From a virus: 42,745 nucleotides of DNA. The stretch lies in IMG/VR virus record IMGVR_UViG_3300019849_000002, positions 1 through 42,745 of that record; one strand, 5' to 3'. A program made the translations under genes and the position numbers. Within the stretch, counting starts at the first letter, position 1; each line of letters opens with the position of its first letter. The notes beneath the pieces are model-generated. The model ran no database searches. It was not told where the DNA came from and saw only the letters and a program-made list of their open reading frames with translations. Shown piece after piece: positions 1-7,459 of this stretch.

Positions 1-119
1 GAACATATCGCCATTGCTACAAAGCCAAGGAATAAGATCATCTCCGGGTGTTACACAATAAATGTAACGGCCTGTCATTTTACTTTTAGGACTAGGCTCC
101 TGCATTTTGATATAGACGA
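1..119. repeat. Terminal overlap, copy 1 (identical to 42627..42745)
   Basis: 119 nt gaacatatcgccattgc...ttgatatagacga occur verbatim at both ends of the window. Confidence 0.97.
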
Positions 120-189
120 CATTTTTCCAGTGTCGTCTACGCACCATTTCTCCATGTTTAAGGTGGATTAGCGCTTGGCTGAAATTCAT
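1..189 (-). CDS. DUF2829-like (Tad2-like) small protein, N-terminal 63 codons; gene crosses the circular junction and ends at 42597
   Basis: ATG at 189..187. Reads MNFSQALIHLKHGEMVRRRHWKNVVYIKMQEPSPKSKMTGRYIYCVTPGDDLIPWLCSNGDMF, then AEDWEVYNP-stop at 42626..42597 (72 aa in total). Absent from the ORF track because it is split. The MxFxxALxxLKxGxxVRRxxW ... EDWEV pattern is recalled from DUF2829. Confidence 0.6.
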   Translation of the reverse strand, partial: MNFSQALIHLKHGEMVRRRHWKNVVYIKMQEPSPKSKMTGRYIYCVTPGDDLIPWLCSNGDMF

Positions 190-200
190 ATTTGAGTACA

Positions 201-440
201 TCATACTTCCTCGTAAGTTTTTTCAAAAATATCTGGCTTACAAGGATAAAACTCTCCGTTCACTCCTTTAATAATCCAGTCATTGGGCCTAACCATCATA
301 GCTCCTTCTGGTGTAGCTATGATTAGTTCTCCGTTACGAAACTCTGCATCACCTCCTACAAAATCTTCTATCTCTTCAAAGTTTGTGTGTGCAAAACGTA
401 TGGCCTCAATTACTACTGGCTTTTTTCTGAACTTAGGCAT
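201..440 (-). CDS. Small conserved phage protein (PGDYG-like pattern), function unknown
   Basis: 79-aa track ORF. SD AGGAG lies 6 nt before ATG 440. [11 protein letters not shown]...[28 protein letters not shown] resembles PGDYG-type small phage proteins, from memory. Confidence 0.7.
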   Translation of the reverse strand: MPKFRKKPVVIEAIRFAHTNFEEIEDFVGGDAEFRNGELIIATPEGAMMVRPNDWIIKGVNGEFYPCKPDIFEKTYEEV

Positions 441-457
441 ATTTTTCTCCTATTAGC

Positions 458-522
458 GTACCAGATAGGCATATAAAGCTTGAAAGCCTCAACACTTAGC
501 TATTATAAAACCTATCTGGTAC
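458..522. repeat. 12-bp perfect inverted repeat gtaccagatagg / cctatctggtac with 41-nt spacer
   Basis: Arms 458..469 and 511..522 are exact reverse complements. The element is intergenic and directly abuts PAL16 copy 523..538. Confidence 0.9.
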
Positions 523-538
523 TCCCCTCTGCCGGGGA
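523..538. repeat. PAL16 copy (sTCCCY-N6-RGGGAs)
   Basis: tcccc-tctgcc-gggga; intergenic, abuts stop of 539..1282(-). Confidence 0.9.
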
Positions 539-1282
539 TTACTTACGGGCGCGACCGCGACCTTTTTTCGGCTCTGGTGTAGGCTCGTCTACTGGTGCTG
601 GTTCACTTTCAGCATCTTCAATCTCCTCGATAATATCATCAATATGATGACCATCAGCAAGAGCTTCAATATGCTTGTTGTCCAGCCAAGCTACAACCTC
701 AAACACAGGTTTAAAGTTTTTATAGCCTTGGCTTTCAAATTGTTCTGTTTTCAGCACAAGCGCAGGCCAGCAAGCAACACCCTGTTGAGCGCGCTCAGAG
801 AATTCTCCCATCAGTTCAGCCATAGCAGAGACACCGCTAATAGAATTGATTTTGAGATATCCTTGTTGCCCGTCATCTTCTGTAGAGCGCATAACCCAAG
901 CTTTAGCCTGAAACCATCCATCTCCTTTAGCAGCATCAAAAGGCCCTAGCTCATCAGGCTCAGGCTGTGAAATAGGGGCGTTTTTGTAAATGTTAGCCAT
1001 ACGAGACGATGGAGACTTACCCCCTTTCCAGCATACCCAACCTTCTTCAAAAGATGTTACATCAACAACCCAAATCTCGTCAGTCCCAATCTCTCGGCGA
1101 TTATCCCCTTGACCAATGAAATAACGGCCCTGTTTACCTGAAAAATTCATGTAATCAGAACCGTTAGGGGCTGAGCCTCGTGGATTGTTGTCTCCTGCGC
1201 TCTTAGCTTTTGCTGCAAGTGCCGCCATATCCTTGACGTCAATAGCACCACCAAATACGCTAGTACTTACTTCATTTGACAT
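539..1282 (-). CDS. Hypothetical early protein (247 aa)
   Basis: Long track ORF in the replication/recombination block with an acidic-then-basic C-terminal tail (..EPKKGRGRARK). No family recognised; an ssDNA-binding role is only a positional guess. Confidence 0.8.
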   Translation of the reverse strand: MSNEVSTSVFGGAIDVKDMAALAAKAKSAGDNNPRGSAPNGSDYMNFSGKQGRYFIGQGDNRREIGTDEIWVVDVTSFEEGWVCWKGGKSPSSRMANIYKNAPISQPEPDELGPFDAAKGDGWFQAKAWVMRSTEDDGQQGYLKINSISGVSAMAELMGEFSERAQQGVACWPALVLKTEQFESQGYKNFKPVFEVVAWLDNKHIEALADGHHIDDIIEEIEDAESEPAPVDEPTPEPKKGRGRARK

Positions 1283-1378
1283 TTCTCGTTCCTCGTTTCT
1301 CTTTAAGGTGGAGGCTTTAAAGGCGGTGCCTCCTGCCGCCAGTCGTTCCCGTGGTGATCGTTGGTTGACCAGACCAAC

Positions 1379-1394
1379 TCCCTGATGTTGGGGA
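1379..1394. repeat. PAL16 copy
   Basis: tccct-gatgtt-gggga; intergenic, 96 nt upstream of ATG 1282. Confidence 0.9.
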
Positions 1395-1556
1395 TTACTT
1401 CATAGCTACCTCCGTTTGAAAAAGTTCTTTGTTGGAATGGCAGCATATCTAGCCGCCATTACCTTTTTTGGTATTGGGCGTTTATCGAATATTCTGTAAG
1501 CGTAAGCATCATCAGTCATACGCTGACAGTAAGAAACAATTATTGCCCAATTTATG

Positions 1557-1784
1557 TCACGCACCGCTGATTTCTTTCTCGAAAGTAACCAGCAACTCTT
1601 TTGCTTTATACGCGATTTCATAATCTTCAAGCAGCAAGGGAATACCTTGATCATGCTTTTTCAAGATTTCGTCGATCACCAACTTGAGACCTTTAGCGCA
1701 TAGTGCTCTGTCTCTTTTGGTCAGGTTTTTCATGCCGCTCATCTTTTTCTCCGCAACATCTGGATACCAGCTTGTATCAGGCAT
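1557..1784 (-). CDS. Hypothetical protein (75 aa)
   Basis: ATG 1784 is preceded on the sense strand by PAL16 arm CAGGGAGT acting as SD (7-nt gap). Confidence 0.7.
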   Translation of the reverse strand: MPDTSWYPDVAEKKMSGMKNLTKRDRALCAKGLKLVIDEILKKHDQGIPLLLEDYEIAYKAKELLVTFEKEISGA

Positions 1785-1791
1785 AATCTAC

Positions 1792-1807
1792 TCCCTGTTA
1801 TCGGGGA
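1792..1807. repeat. PAL16 copy
   Basis: tccct-gttatc-gggga; spans the stop of 1798..1995(-), 7 nt upstream of ATG 1784. Confidence 0.9.
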
Positions 1808-1995
1808 CTAAGCTCGAAAGCTGTTTTCTCTCTGACGTTCATAATGCTTACAGGTCTAAGATTAGGGTAGCGTTTAGCCATACGTTCAGGCATACTACCG
1901 TGACCTAGTTTAAGCAACTCGTCTTGGCTCACTCCATACAAGGTGAGGACAACCCCACCTTGCATGAGTACTTCCGTAATAGGAAACGTCTTCAT
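1798..1995 (-). CDS. Hypothetical protein (65 aa)
   Basis: Track ORF; its ATG overlaps the upstream stop (TAATG coupling). Confidence 0.65.
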   Translation of the reverse strand: MKTFPITEVLMQGGVVLTLYGVSQDELLKLGHGSMPERMAKRYPNLRPVSIMNVREKTAFELSPR

Positions 1996-2312
1996 TAGAG
2001 AGTGTTCACAGCTTTGACTGCAAAGCGAGTTGAAGGAGCACCAACTTTCTTGTATTGGTCCATAACTTCTTCTCCCATGTCTGCAATCATGCGCTTAGTG
2101 TCATAAGTGACACGTCCAGCAACTGCAGTTACAGAGAATGAGTAGCCATTGTGGATAATGTCGCCTTTGCCTTCAAGCATTGGACGTAGTACTGTATCAA
2201 GCTCTTTGATACGACCTTCAATACGCTTCTTTGATTGTGTCAACTCTGCGCGCTCATCCATGAGCGTTTTCAAGTTATCCAAAGAGGCGTTTGCTTGCGA
2301 GTTCTGTGTCAT
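1995..2312 (-). CDS. Hypothetical coiled-coil protein (105 aa)
   Basis: Track ORF with SD AAGGA ~10 nt before ATG 2312. It follows the Cas4-like nuclease gene. Confidence 0.7.
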   Translation of the reverse strand: MTQNSQANASLDNLKTLMDERAELTQSKKRIEGRIKELDTVLRPMLEGKGDIIHNGYSFSVTAVAGRVTYDTKRMIADMGEEVMDQYKKVGAPSTRFAVKAVNTL

Positions 2313-3054
2313 CGTTTCTCAGTCCTTTACTTTCTCTTACTATCATACTACATGCCGCTGTATGCGCGCAGTAGTCACACCCTTTATCCATAAACATGCC
2401 TTCGGCTTTTAGGTCGGCAGGGCTAGCCGCTTCCATGATCCGATTTGCTTTTTCTTCTAGCCTTGTGGCATGATCAGCATCGAACGGAACACGAAACTCT
2501 TGTATTTTCTTATAGTTGCTTGCGTCAACATAGATTAAAAAGCTATCACCAGCTTCTAGTTCATAGTGATGAGCCATTAAATCTGTGTTCTGTATAGTCT
2601 GGTCTATGTGGTTAAGCCTAGGCAAACGGGTAACGTTTGTTCTAGGATCAATGCTCTTAATCTCTAACGCTCCAATAGTTGCTTTTCTAAAGATAGCTCC
2701 ATCAGGAGTGCCGCTTTGATTGTCAGCAGTAAAAGAAACCTGATTAATTCCTGTGTGTCTTAACTCTCCAGCCTTCTTATTCCATCCTTTATTCAGAAGA
2801 TCAATAACCCAAGACTCTACATTGTGCCCTCTTTCAAAGTAGCCCCAATCATCATTTGGATTAACTGTTGTCCCTACTTCTGGGGAGTACCCACTTGCTA
2901 CCAATGCTAATTTATCAAACTTAATCTTGCGAGAACATTGGCCTATCTCAGAGGCGGTAACATATTTAGAACGATCTAATGCCTGACCTGTAATTATAGG
3001 CCATTGCTGAGGCTCTTTGAGCCCATAACCCTTATAGATCATTTCTCTAATCAT
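2275..3054 (-). CDS. Cas4/RecB-like PD-(D/E)XK exonuclease with 4-Cys (Fe-S) cluster
   Basis: Start moved to ATG 3054 (MIREMIYKG). The extra N-terminal codons of track ORF 2275..3141 read through the palindrome whose arm AAGGGAG lies 6 nt before this ATG. Motifs are TPDGAI...ALEIKS (D..ExK) and Cys at GQCSRK plus CDYCAHTAAC (C-x2-C-x5-C). Confidence 0.8.
   Translation of the reverse strand: MIREMIYKGYGLKEPQQWPIITGQALDRSKYVTASEIGQCSRKIKFDKLALVASGYSPEVGTTVNPNDDWGYFERGHNVESWVIDLLNKGWNKKAGELRHTGINQVSFTADNQSGTPDGAIFRKATIGALEIKSIDPRTNVTRLPRLNHIDQTIQNTDLMAHHYELEAGDSFLIYVDASNYKKIQEFRVPFDADHATRLEEKANRIMEAASPADLKAEGMFMDKGCDYCAHTAACSMIVRESKGLRNDDTELASKRLFG
2871..2886. repeat. PAL16 copy
   Basis: tccct-acttct-gggga; inside the nuclease CDS (codes SPEVGT). 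Confidence 0.9.
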
Positions 3055-3060
3055 GGCCAC

Positions 3061-3077
3061 TCCCTTAAAAAAGGGGA
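3061..3077. repeat. PAL16 spacing variant (7-nt spacer)
   Basis: tccct-taaaaaa-gggga; 6 nt upstream of ATG 3054. Confidence 0.75.
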
Positions 3078-3131
3078 CGAAACCGGAGCCTCGCCCCCAA
3101 GTGCTGTGAACTTCCCGCTTGGGATAACTAT

Positions 3132-3177
3132 ATGTTATCATATAGTTAATACGGTGTCAAGTCTTAATTTGCTCTAG
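3132..3177 (-). promoter_or_regulatory. Sigma70-like promoter with conserved upstream box (leftward)
   Basis: Sense strand reads CTAGAGCAAATT-aagac-TTGACA-17 nt-TAACAT. Plus-strand coordinates: box 3166..3177, -35 at 3155..3160, -10 at 3132..3137. A 10-bp hairpin 3125..3148 overlaps the -10. The box and its spacing match the promoter at 9943..9988. Confidence 0.5.
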
Positions 3178-3455
3178 TGCAAAGTTTTTGACTTAACTGT
3201 TCTTTCTTCTGTCTTGTAGTTGTTAGGATTAGCTATAATAGTAGTTGCTTTGTCTATAACTCTCGCCATAACATCAGCTAGAGTTACAGTGCTTCTTATG
3301 TTTGTATTAGCTATTAAGTTCATAGTCAGCAACACAAGCATGTTTTCTATAGTACAAGCAGCACATATTCTGTGTTTTTCTGCACCATCAATTAAGGCCG
3401 TCATGGCTTCATTGACAACTTTGTCGATTTTTTCTTGGTCGTGTTCATCAGTCAT
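3174..3455 (-). CDS. Hypothetical protein (93 aa)
   Basis: Track ORF with an ATGA overlap onto the SNF2 gene stop. Confidence 0.7.
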   Translation of the reverse strand: MTDEHDQEKIDKVVNEAMTALIDGAEKHRICAACTIENMLVLLTMNLIANTNIRSTVTLADVMARVIDKATTIIANPNNYKTEERTVKSKTLH

Positions 3456-4750
3456 TGATTTATTCTCCTGTCAGACTGTTGCTTTCTTAATCTTACGTTA
3501 TTTAAACCCATATCAAGTTTATTGTTACTTAATATAACGTCTACTTGACATGATCTAGTTTGTCCAAAGCGATAGACACGCTTGTAGAATTGCTCAATGG
3601 TAGCTGGTGAAGGGTGAGTTTCTGCTACTATAACTTGTCTAGCAGCCTCTTGAATGTTCCAGCTAACTCCCATCTTTTTCATTTGCCCTATGAGCACGTC
3701 TATTTGTCCATTGTTAAACTTACGTCTAATAGGCGTAAGCTCATTATCAGCAGTACCGCCATGCACTTGTTGTGTTGTTAAGCCCTCTCTACTAAGTGCG
3801 TCTTCATAAGCTTGCATAACATCTCTGTGCCAGCAACCTAACAACAATGGGCCATTCATAGCACACTCCCTAACGTAAGGGACTGTCTCAGATACTTTTG
3901 CCAAACCTACAATCCGCCAAACTTTGGCCCCTATGCTATCAGGATCGCCTAGTGTTCTAAGTAGCTCTGCTATGTCAAGTCTGTCAATAGTTTTTGCTAC
4001 TTCTCTTTCAAGCTTAATATCTACTACAAGGTTGCGCATCAACAGATCAGGCAAGCCCGGCGCTTCAAGTCTTCTAATAGCTCCTATGTCTTCATAGATA
4101 ATCCTGTTTAGCAACATCTCATTCATGTTGCCTTTGACCACCCATTTAGGCTGCATTCTAGGATTATACTGTACTTTGCGTTTGAAGCAAAAATTGCGCT
4201 CAAAGTCTGCATAGTCGTATACTCCATGGGCCTCAAATTCGTCAGGATGCAGAACTCCCACTTGCGTCCACATATCGTTTGCGTAGTTTTGCATCGGAGT
4301 ACCACTTAAAAGCCAAGCAGTATCGAAACATGAAACAAGACCTCCAGCACCATCAAATACGTTACCAAACATAGCAGCACTGCGCCCACTTGTAACAGAA
4401 GCGACAAGGTGACTTTCATCCAATACAGCAAATCCTTTACTGAAATACTCATAAAGCTCAGTTCTCCTGTTTCTAGCAACGTCATAAGTCATAACGTGTA
4501 TGTCAGCACCTAGCTTAGTTTTACCAGAACGTATAACTTTAACGTCTGCACCTAATTCATTCTCAGCCTGTTCTTTCCACCAATCAAGAGCAATCTTAGG
4601 AGCGAACACAACACCGCTATTAAGGCGGGATTTTTTGATAGCTAGTAGTGTAGTAAGAGTTTTTCCTGTCCCTGCCTTAGAGAAATTAGGAAGGTCAGGA
4701 GTATCAGCCATTTTCTGACTGTCCTCTTCTTGCTCTCTAGTTGGTTTCAT
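3452..4750 (-). CDS. SNF2/DEAH-type helicase
   Basis: 432 aa. Motifs are Walker A AGTGKT, VLDESH, LLSGTPMQN and helicase-C motif YRFGQTRSCQVD. Confidence 0.85.
   Translation of the reverse strand: MKPTREQEEDSQKMADTPDLPNFSKAGTGKTLTTLLAIKKSRLNSGVVFAPKIALDWWKEQAENELGADVKVIRSGKTKLGADIHVMTYDVARNRRTELYEYFSKGFAVLDESHLVASVTSGRSAAMFGNVFDGAGGLVSCFDTAWLLSGTPMQNYANDMWTQVGVLHPDEFEAHGVYDYADFERNFCFKRKVQYNPRMQPKWVVKGNMNEMLLNRIIYEDIGAIRRLEAPGLPDLLMRNLVVDIKLEREVAKTIDRLDIAELLRTLGDPDSIGAKVWRIVGLAKVSETVPYVRECAMNGPLLLGCWHRDVMQAYEDALSREGLTTQQVHGGTADNELTPIRRKFNNGQIDVLIGQMKKMGVSWNIQEAARQVIVAETHPSPATIEQFYKRVYRFGQTRSCQVDVILSNNKLDMGLNNVRLRKQQSDRRINQ
3867..3882. repeat. PAL16 copy
   Basis: tccct-aacgta-aggga; inside the SNF2 CDS (VPYVRE). 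Confidence 0.9.
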
Positions 4751-4831
4751 ATCACTTTCTTCCGCATCTAGGACAAGCCGGACCTAAAAATCTAGGCCAA
4801 GAAAATCCGCACCATGAACATATCCGCTTCA

Positions 4832-5101
4832 TTACAACAAAACTCCTTGGTCCCCATTATCAGGGAGTTGATTAGTATCAAGCAAGAAAGCTTCTTCATA
4901 GTAACTTGCCTTATCTACAACATCATGCATATTTGAACTACACAAAAACGTACCCTTTTCATCTATGCCGTAATAAACTTTTCGCATATAGCACTCTTCT
5001 AATGTCTCCATCACTAAGGCAGCAAAATCTCCGCTGTTCGGTACCCCAGCAGCATGAAGTACTGACTCTATTTTTTGTTCTGGTGTCGTATCTCTACTCA
5101 T
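4832..5101 (-). CDS. Hypothetical protein (89 aa)
   Basis: ATG 5101 is preceded by PAL16 arm CAGGGAGT (8-nt gap). Confidence 0.7.
   Translation of the reverse strand: MSRDTTPEQKIESVLHAAGVPNSGDFAALVMETLEECYMRKVYYGIDEKGTFLCSSNMHDVVDKASYYEEAFLLDTNQLPDNGDQGVLL
4851..4866. repeat. PAL16 copy
   Basis: tcccc-attatc-aggga; 3' end of CDS 4832..5101 (LPDNGD). Confidence 0.9.
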
Positions 5102-5298
5102 TTGTCTACTCCCTGACGAAAGGGACTTACTCTTTTTATGTCAGAAGTCCACAAACTGACAACTTCGGCCCCTACTTTCACGTATGCTATAGTCTTTAGT
5201 GGACTATAAGCTACTAGCTCCCCCTTCACTCTTATTGGGTTTATGTAGTTTAAAGTACCTGCTACTTTTGCACCAATCTTAATCACCATTTCCTCCAT
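5098..5298 (-). CDS. Hypothetical protein (~66 aa; start 5298 or 5289)
   Basis: Track ORF 5098..5403 is probably over-extended. Its upstream part overlaps, in another frame, a better membrane ORF (5283..5450). MEEMVIKIG has GGAGGA nearby. Confidence 0.5.
   Translation of the reverse strand: MEEMVIKIGAKVAGTLNYINPIRVKGELVAYSPLKTIAYVKVGAEVVSLWTSDIKRVSPFRQGVDK
5110..5125. repeat. PAL16 copy
   Basis: tccct-gacgaa-aggga; last codons of 5098..5298, 8 nt upstream of ATG 5101. Confidence 0.9.
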
Positions 5299-5450
5299 AC
5301 TGCATCTAGCAGCATCCATATCAGATAGCTTATGATCACGGTCATAAAACCGAACAGAAAAGATAAAAAACCACTTTGAGATGCAGTTAAGCCTGCCATG
5401 CACCCTATAACTCCAGCTACTATTATAGCTATAAAAACTGGATAGTTCAT
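5283..5450 (-). CDS. Small membrane protein (55 aa, two hydrophobic helices), below the ORF-track size cut-off
   Basis: Hand translation gives MNYPVFIAIIVAGVIGCMAGLTASQSGFLSFLFGFMTVIISYLIWMLLDAVWRKW. Its ATG overlaps the upstream TAA (TAATG). Confidence 0.55.
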   Translation of the reverse strand: MNYPVFIAIIVAGVIGCMAGLTASQSGFLSFLFGFMTVIISYLIWMLLDAVWRKW

Positions 5451-5998
5451 TATTCTACTACCTCTTTACTACATGCTACTACTTCTAGATTTTGTGCGTC
5501 TGTTTGCTTGTTTATGTAGTCAACAGCATCTTTTTGACTAAAAAAGAACAGCGCCTGTTCTCTATCTTTAGTAAGTACTAATCCTACTTCTGCATGATAC
5601 TCATTCTGTACTACGTTATAGATATAATAGATACTGACAAGTTTGCGTTTCTCTAAAACTTCTTTTCCATCCTGTTTATCTTCATAATCCTCACCAGCAA
5701 ATTCGCCAGCAGCAGCAAAGTAACAAGCGCCGTCGATATAGTTATCAAAGTGTGGTTTTTCACTCTGAAAAGTGCGTACCATCTTATGAATAACCATAAA
5801 GAAAGCTGCGTCTTGTGCAGTTAACAGTCCTTCCGCAATGTCAGATACATCTTCACCTTTATTACCATATTTAGCAACAAGGTAAGCATTAAACATGTCA
5901 GCAGTATCGCTCATGTTCTGATAAAAAGAACCGTAATCTTCTTGTCTAGTCCCTTCCGTTAGGGAGATAGCTTTCTTCATCATTTCTACACGGTTCAT
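5450..5998 (-). CDS. Hypothetical protein, N-terminal DUF6378-like pattern
   Basis: 182-aa track ORF. TRQEDYGSF ... HKMVRT recalls the DUF6378 helical domain. The function call is weak. Confidence 0.7.
   Translation of the reverse strand: MNRVEMMKKAISLTEGTRQEDYGSFYQNMSDTADMFNAYLVAKYGNKGEDVSDIAEGLLTAQDAAFFMVIHKMVRTFQSEKPHFDNYIDGACYFAAAGEFAGEDYEDKQDGKEVLEKRKLVSIYYIYNVVQNEYHAEVGLVLTKDREQALFFFSQKDAVDYINKQTDAQNLEVVACSKEVVE
5950..5965. repeat. PAL16 copy
   Basis: tccct-tccgtt-aggga; inside CDS 5450..5998 (SLTEGT). Confidence 0.9.
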
Positions 5999-5999
5999 T

Positions 6000-6368
6000 T
6001 TAAAATTCCTTCATTATAGAGTTTTCAACGCCTTTCGGCATTCCGGGACAACCATAGCCTCCACATCTACAATCCATACACATCACATTGCCCGAAATAG
6101 TAGGTGAAGGCGCAGATTTAATTACGTTAACACTTTGGACGTTATCTAAACTTTCTTTCTCAGCAGCATCAGCCATCTGGTAAAGCATAGAAGCAAGTTG
6201 CCTAGCATCTTGATACATCATGTTATAAGTCTTTGGGCTAGGCTCTCCTATGCTTTCAGTTGTACGAATAGAAACAAAGGTAAAATCTCCTTCTGGTTTT
6301 ACGTAAAGCTTTATCTCTGTTCCATCATGAGTTTCAAGATAAGTGCCTACTCTTGGGCCTTTCATCAT
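6000..6368 (-). CDS. Hypothetical protein with C-terminal Cys-rich motif
   Basis: 122 aa with CMDCRCGGYGCPG near the C-terminus; tightly packed with its neighbours. Confidence 0.7.
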   Translation of the reverse strand: MMKGPRVGTYLETHDGTEIKLYVKPEGDFTFVSIRTTESIGEPSPKTYNMMYQDARQLASMLYQMADAAEKESLDNVQSVNVIKSAPSPTISGNVMCMDCRCGGYGCPGMPKGVENSIMKEF

Positions 6369-6369
6369 T

Positions 6370-6585
6370 TCAATTTCCTTTCTCGTCTAATAAGCCTAAC
6401 TGTAACAGTGTTCTGCACTGTTCAGAAAAGCATAGATCATTCTTCTCTGCTAGATCGTTGATTTCTTCTAGTAACTCTACATCAATAGCGATACCTATGT
6501 GACGCAGTTCTTTATTTTTGTAGATGCCTCTGCCGCCTACACGTTTTACAAAGCGAACGTTTCTAGACACTTTTAGGGCGCCCAT
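6370..6585 (-). CDS. Ribbon-helix-helix (CopG/Arc-like) DNA-binding protein candidate
   Basis: 71 aa. RHIGIAIDVELLEEINDLAEKNDLCFSEQCRTLLQLGL fits a beta-strand/helix/helix RHH layout. Confidence 0.55.
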   Translation of the reverse strand: MGALKVSRNVRFVKRVGGRGIYKNKELRHIGIAIDVELLEEINDLAEKNDLCFSEQCRTLLQLGLLDEKGN

Positions 6586-6817
6586 TACGTACAGTAGCTA
6601 TAAACTCTACTTCATATTCTAAAGTACGGTAACGAGCATTGCAGTTCAAACATACACGGCTTCTCAACACCGCCTTATCTTTTGTGTCCTTGTGTTGTAC
6701 AAGCCTAGTGTCGGTTGTTTTGAAGGCAGTGCCTCCACACTTGTCACAAGTTAAAAACTGAGACGTGTTACTCCCTTTTACTGGGGAGTATCCGAAGTAC
6801 TCCCTAATGTTATCCAT
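6563..6817 (-). CDS. NrdR-like zinc-ribbon protein lacking an ATP-cone
   Basis: CDKCGG..DTRLV..RSRVCLNCNARYRTLEYE parallels NrdR CPFC..DSRLV..RRRRQCLVCNERFTTFE. Start set at ATG 6817, which overlaps the upstream TAA (ATGGATAA), rather than track start 6850. Confidence 0.6.
   Translation of the reverse strand: MDNIREYFGYSPVKGSNTSQFLTCDKCGGTAFKTTDTRLVQHKDTKDKAVLRSRVCLNCNARYRTLEYEVEFIATVRNGRPKSV
6772..6787. repeat. PAL16 copy
   Basis: tccct-tttact-gggga, with longer arms tactccct/ggggagta; inside the NrdR-like CDS. Confidence 0.9.
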
Positions 6818-7340
6818 CTCTAACACCGAACACTGTACCATCGTCAACATCAGTTTGCGTGACGTAAAACTTAATCAGACGCCAGTAAGCGCAAACGAGG
6901 TTGTTTGACGTAACCATCTTAGCGTAAAGAATGACTGCATTTGACGGCTCTTTTTTGCCTGTCAATGCTGCCTGCGCAGAACGTCGCTTGTTCATAGCAA
7001 TGTCTGCCTGTTCCTTACACCAATTAATTTGTCTCTTGATATGCGTAGGAGTGTCGTGACGCATCTCATACAATTTTCTCTGCTCAGGAGCGGTAACAAG
7101 CTTTGTCATGTTGAGTTGTGAAATTTCGTACATAACAGAAGGTGAGGTACGCTTGTCAAAAGCTTGCTTCAACAGGCGGTCAAACTTTCTTACCTCTAGC
7201 TCCGCTAGTACTAGCTCGCGATCTTCATCATGAACAAGTGATCCAATTTGCCTAAAGCCTAGATCCGTCCATTTCGCTCTGTTGGCTTTACGGTAATGGC
7301 CGTGTGGCTGTGAGCCAGTTGGGTTTAATCCTACTCTCAT
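6810..7340 (-). CDS. Hypothetical protein (176 aa), basic
   Basis: Track ORF with an ATGA overlap onto the upstream small ORF. Confidence 0.75.
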   Translation of the reverse strand: MRVGLNPTGSQPHGHYRKANRAKWTDLGFRQIGSLVHDEDRELVLAELEVRKFDRLLKQAFDKRTSPSVMYEISQLNMTKLVTAPEQRKLYEMRHDTPTHIKRQINWCKEQADIAMNKRRSAQAALTGKKEPSNAVILYAKMVTSNNLVCAYWRLIKFYVTQTDVDDGTVFGVRDG

Positions 7341-7456
7341 AGCGCACCTACTTTCTGGCGCTTGGTCTCTTCAAGAAAGATTTCTGCCTTGACTAGAGAC
7401 TTTTTTACTCTTCTGAAATGAGGATCAGTAGTCATTTCTGCGTGTGGATAAGCCAT
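7337..7456 (-). CDS. Small ORF (39 aa), below the ORF-track cut-off
   Basis: MAYPHAEMTTDPHFRRVKKSLVKAEIFLEETKRQKVGAL. ATG 7456 lies 7 nt after PAL16 arm TAGGGAGT, and its stop overlaps ATG 7340. Confidence 0.5.
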   Translation of the reverse strand: MAYPHAEMTTDPHFRRVKKSLVKAEIFLEETKRQKVGAL

Positions 7457-7459
7457 AAC

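Noticed and set aside
1-119. Interpreting the identical 119-bp ends as genuine direct terminal repeats
   Set aside because: The repeat interrupts a coding sequence, and its length equals a common assembler k-mer. A circular-contig overlap is the simpler explanation, though it was not tested.
644-949. Plus-strand ORFs inside the leftward arm (644..949, 1185..1385, 1684..1908, 2149..2412, 3220..3537, 4500..4718, 4906..5199, 6198..6461, 7740..8057, 8446..8637, 8634..8816, 8810..9061, 10072..10530, 10586..11317, 11384..11851)
   Set aside because: All lie antisense to longer, motif-supported or tightly coupled minus-strand genes. They lack SDs and have odd compositions (Ser/Leu/Cys-rich), so they are typical shadow ORFs.
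1406-1654. 82-aa minus-strand ORF overlapping 1557..1784
   Set aside because: It overlaps a better-supported gene by ~100 nt. The only non-overlapping start (ATG 1519, 37 aa) has no SD. I left 1395..1556 as non-coding.
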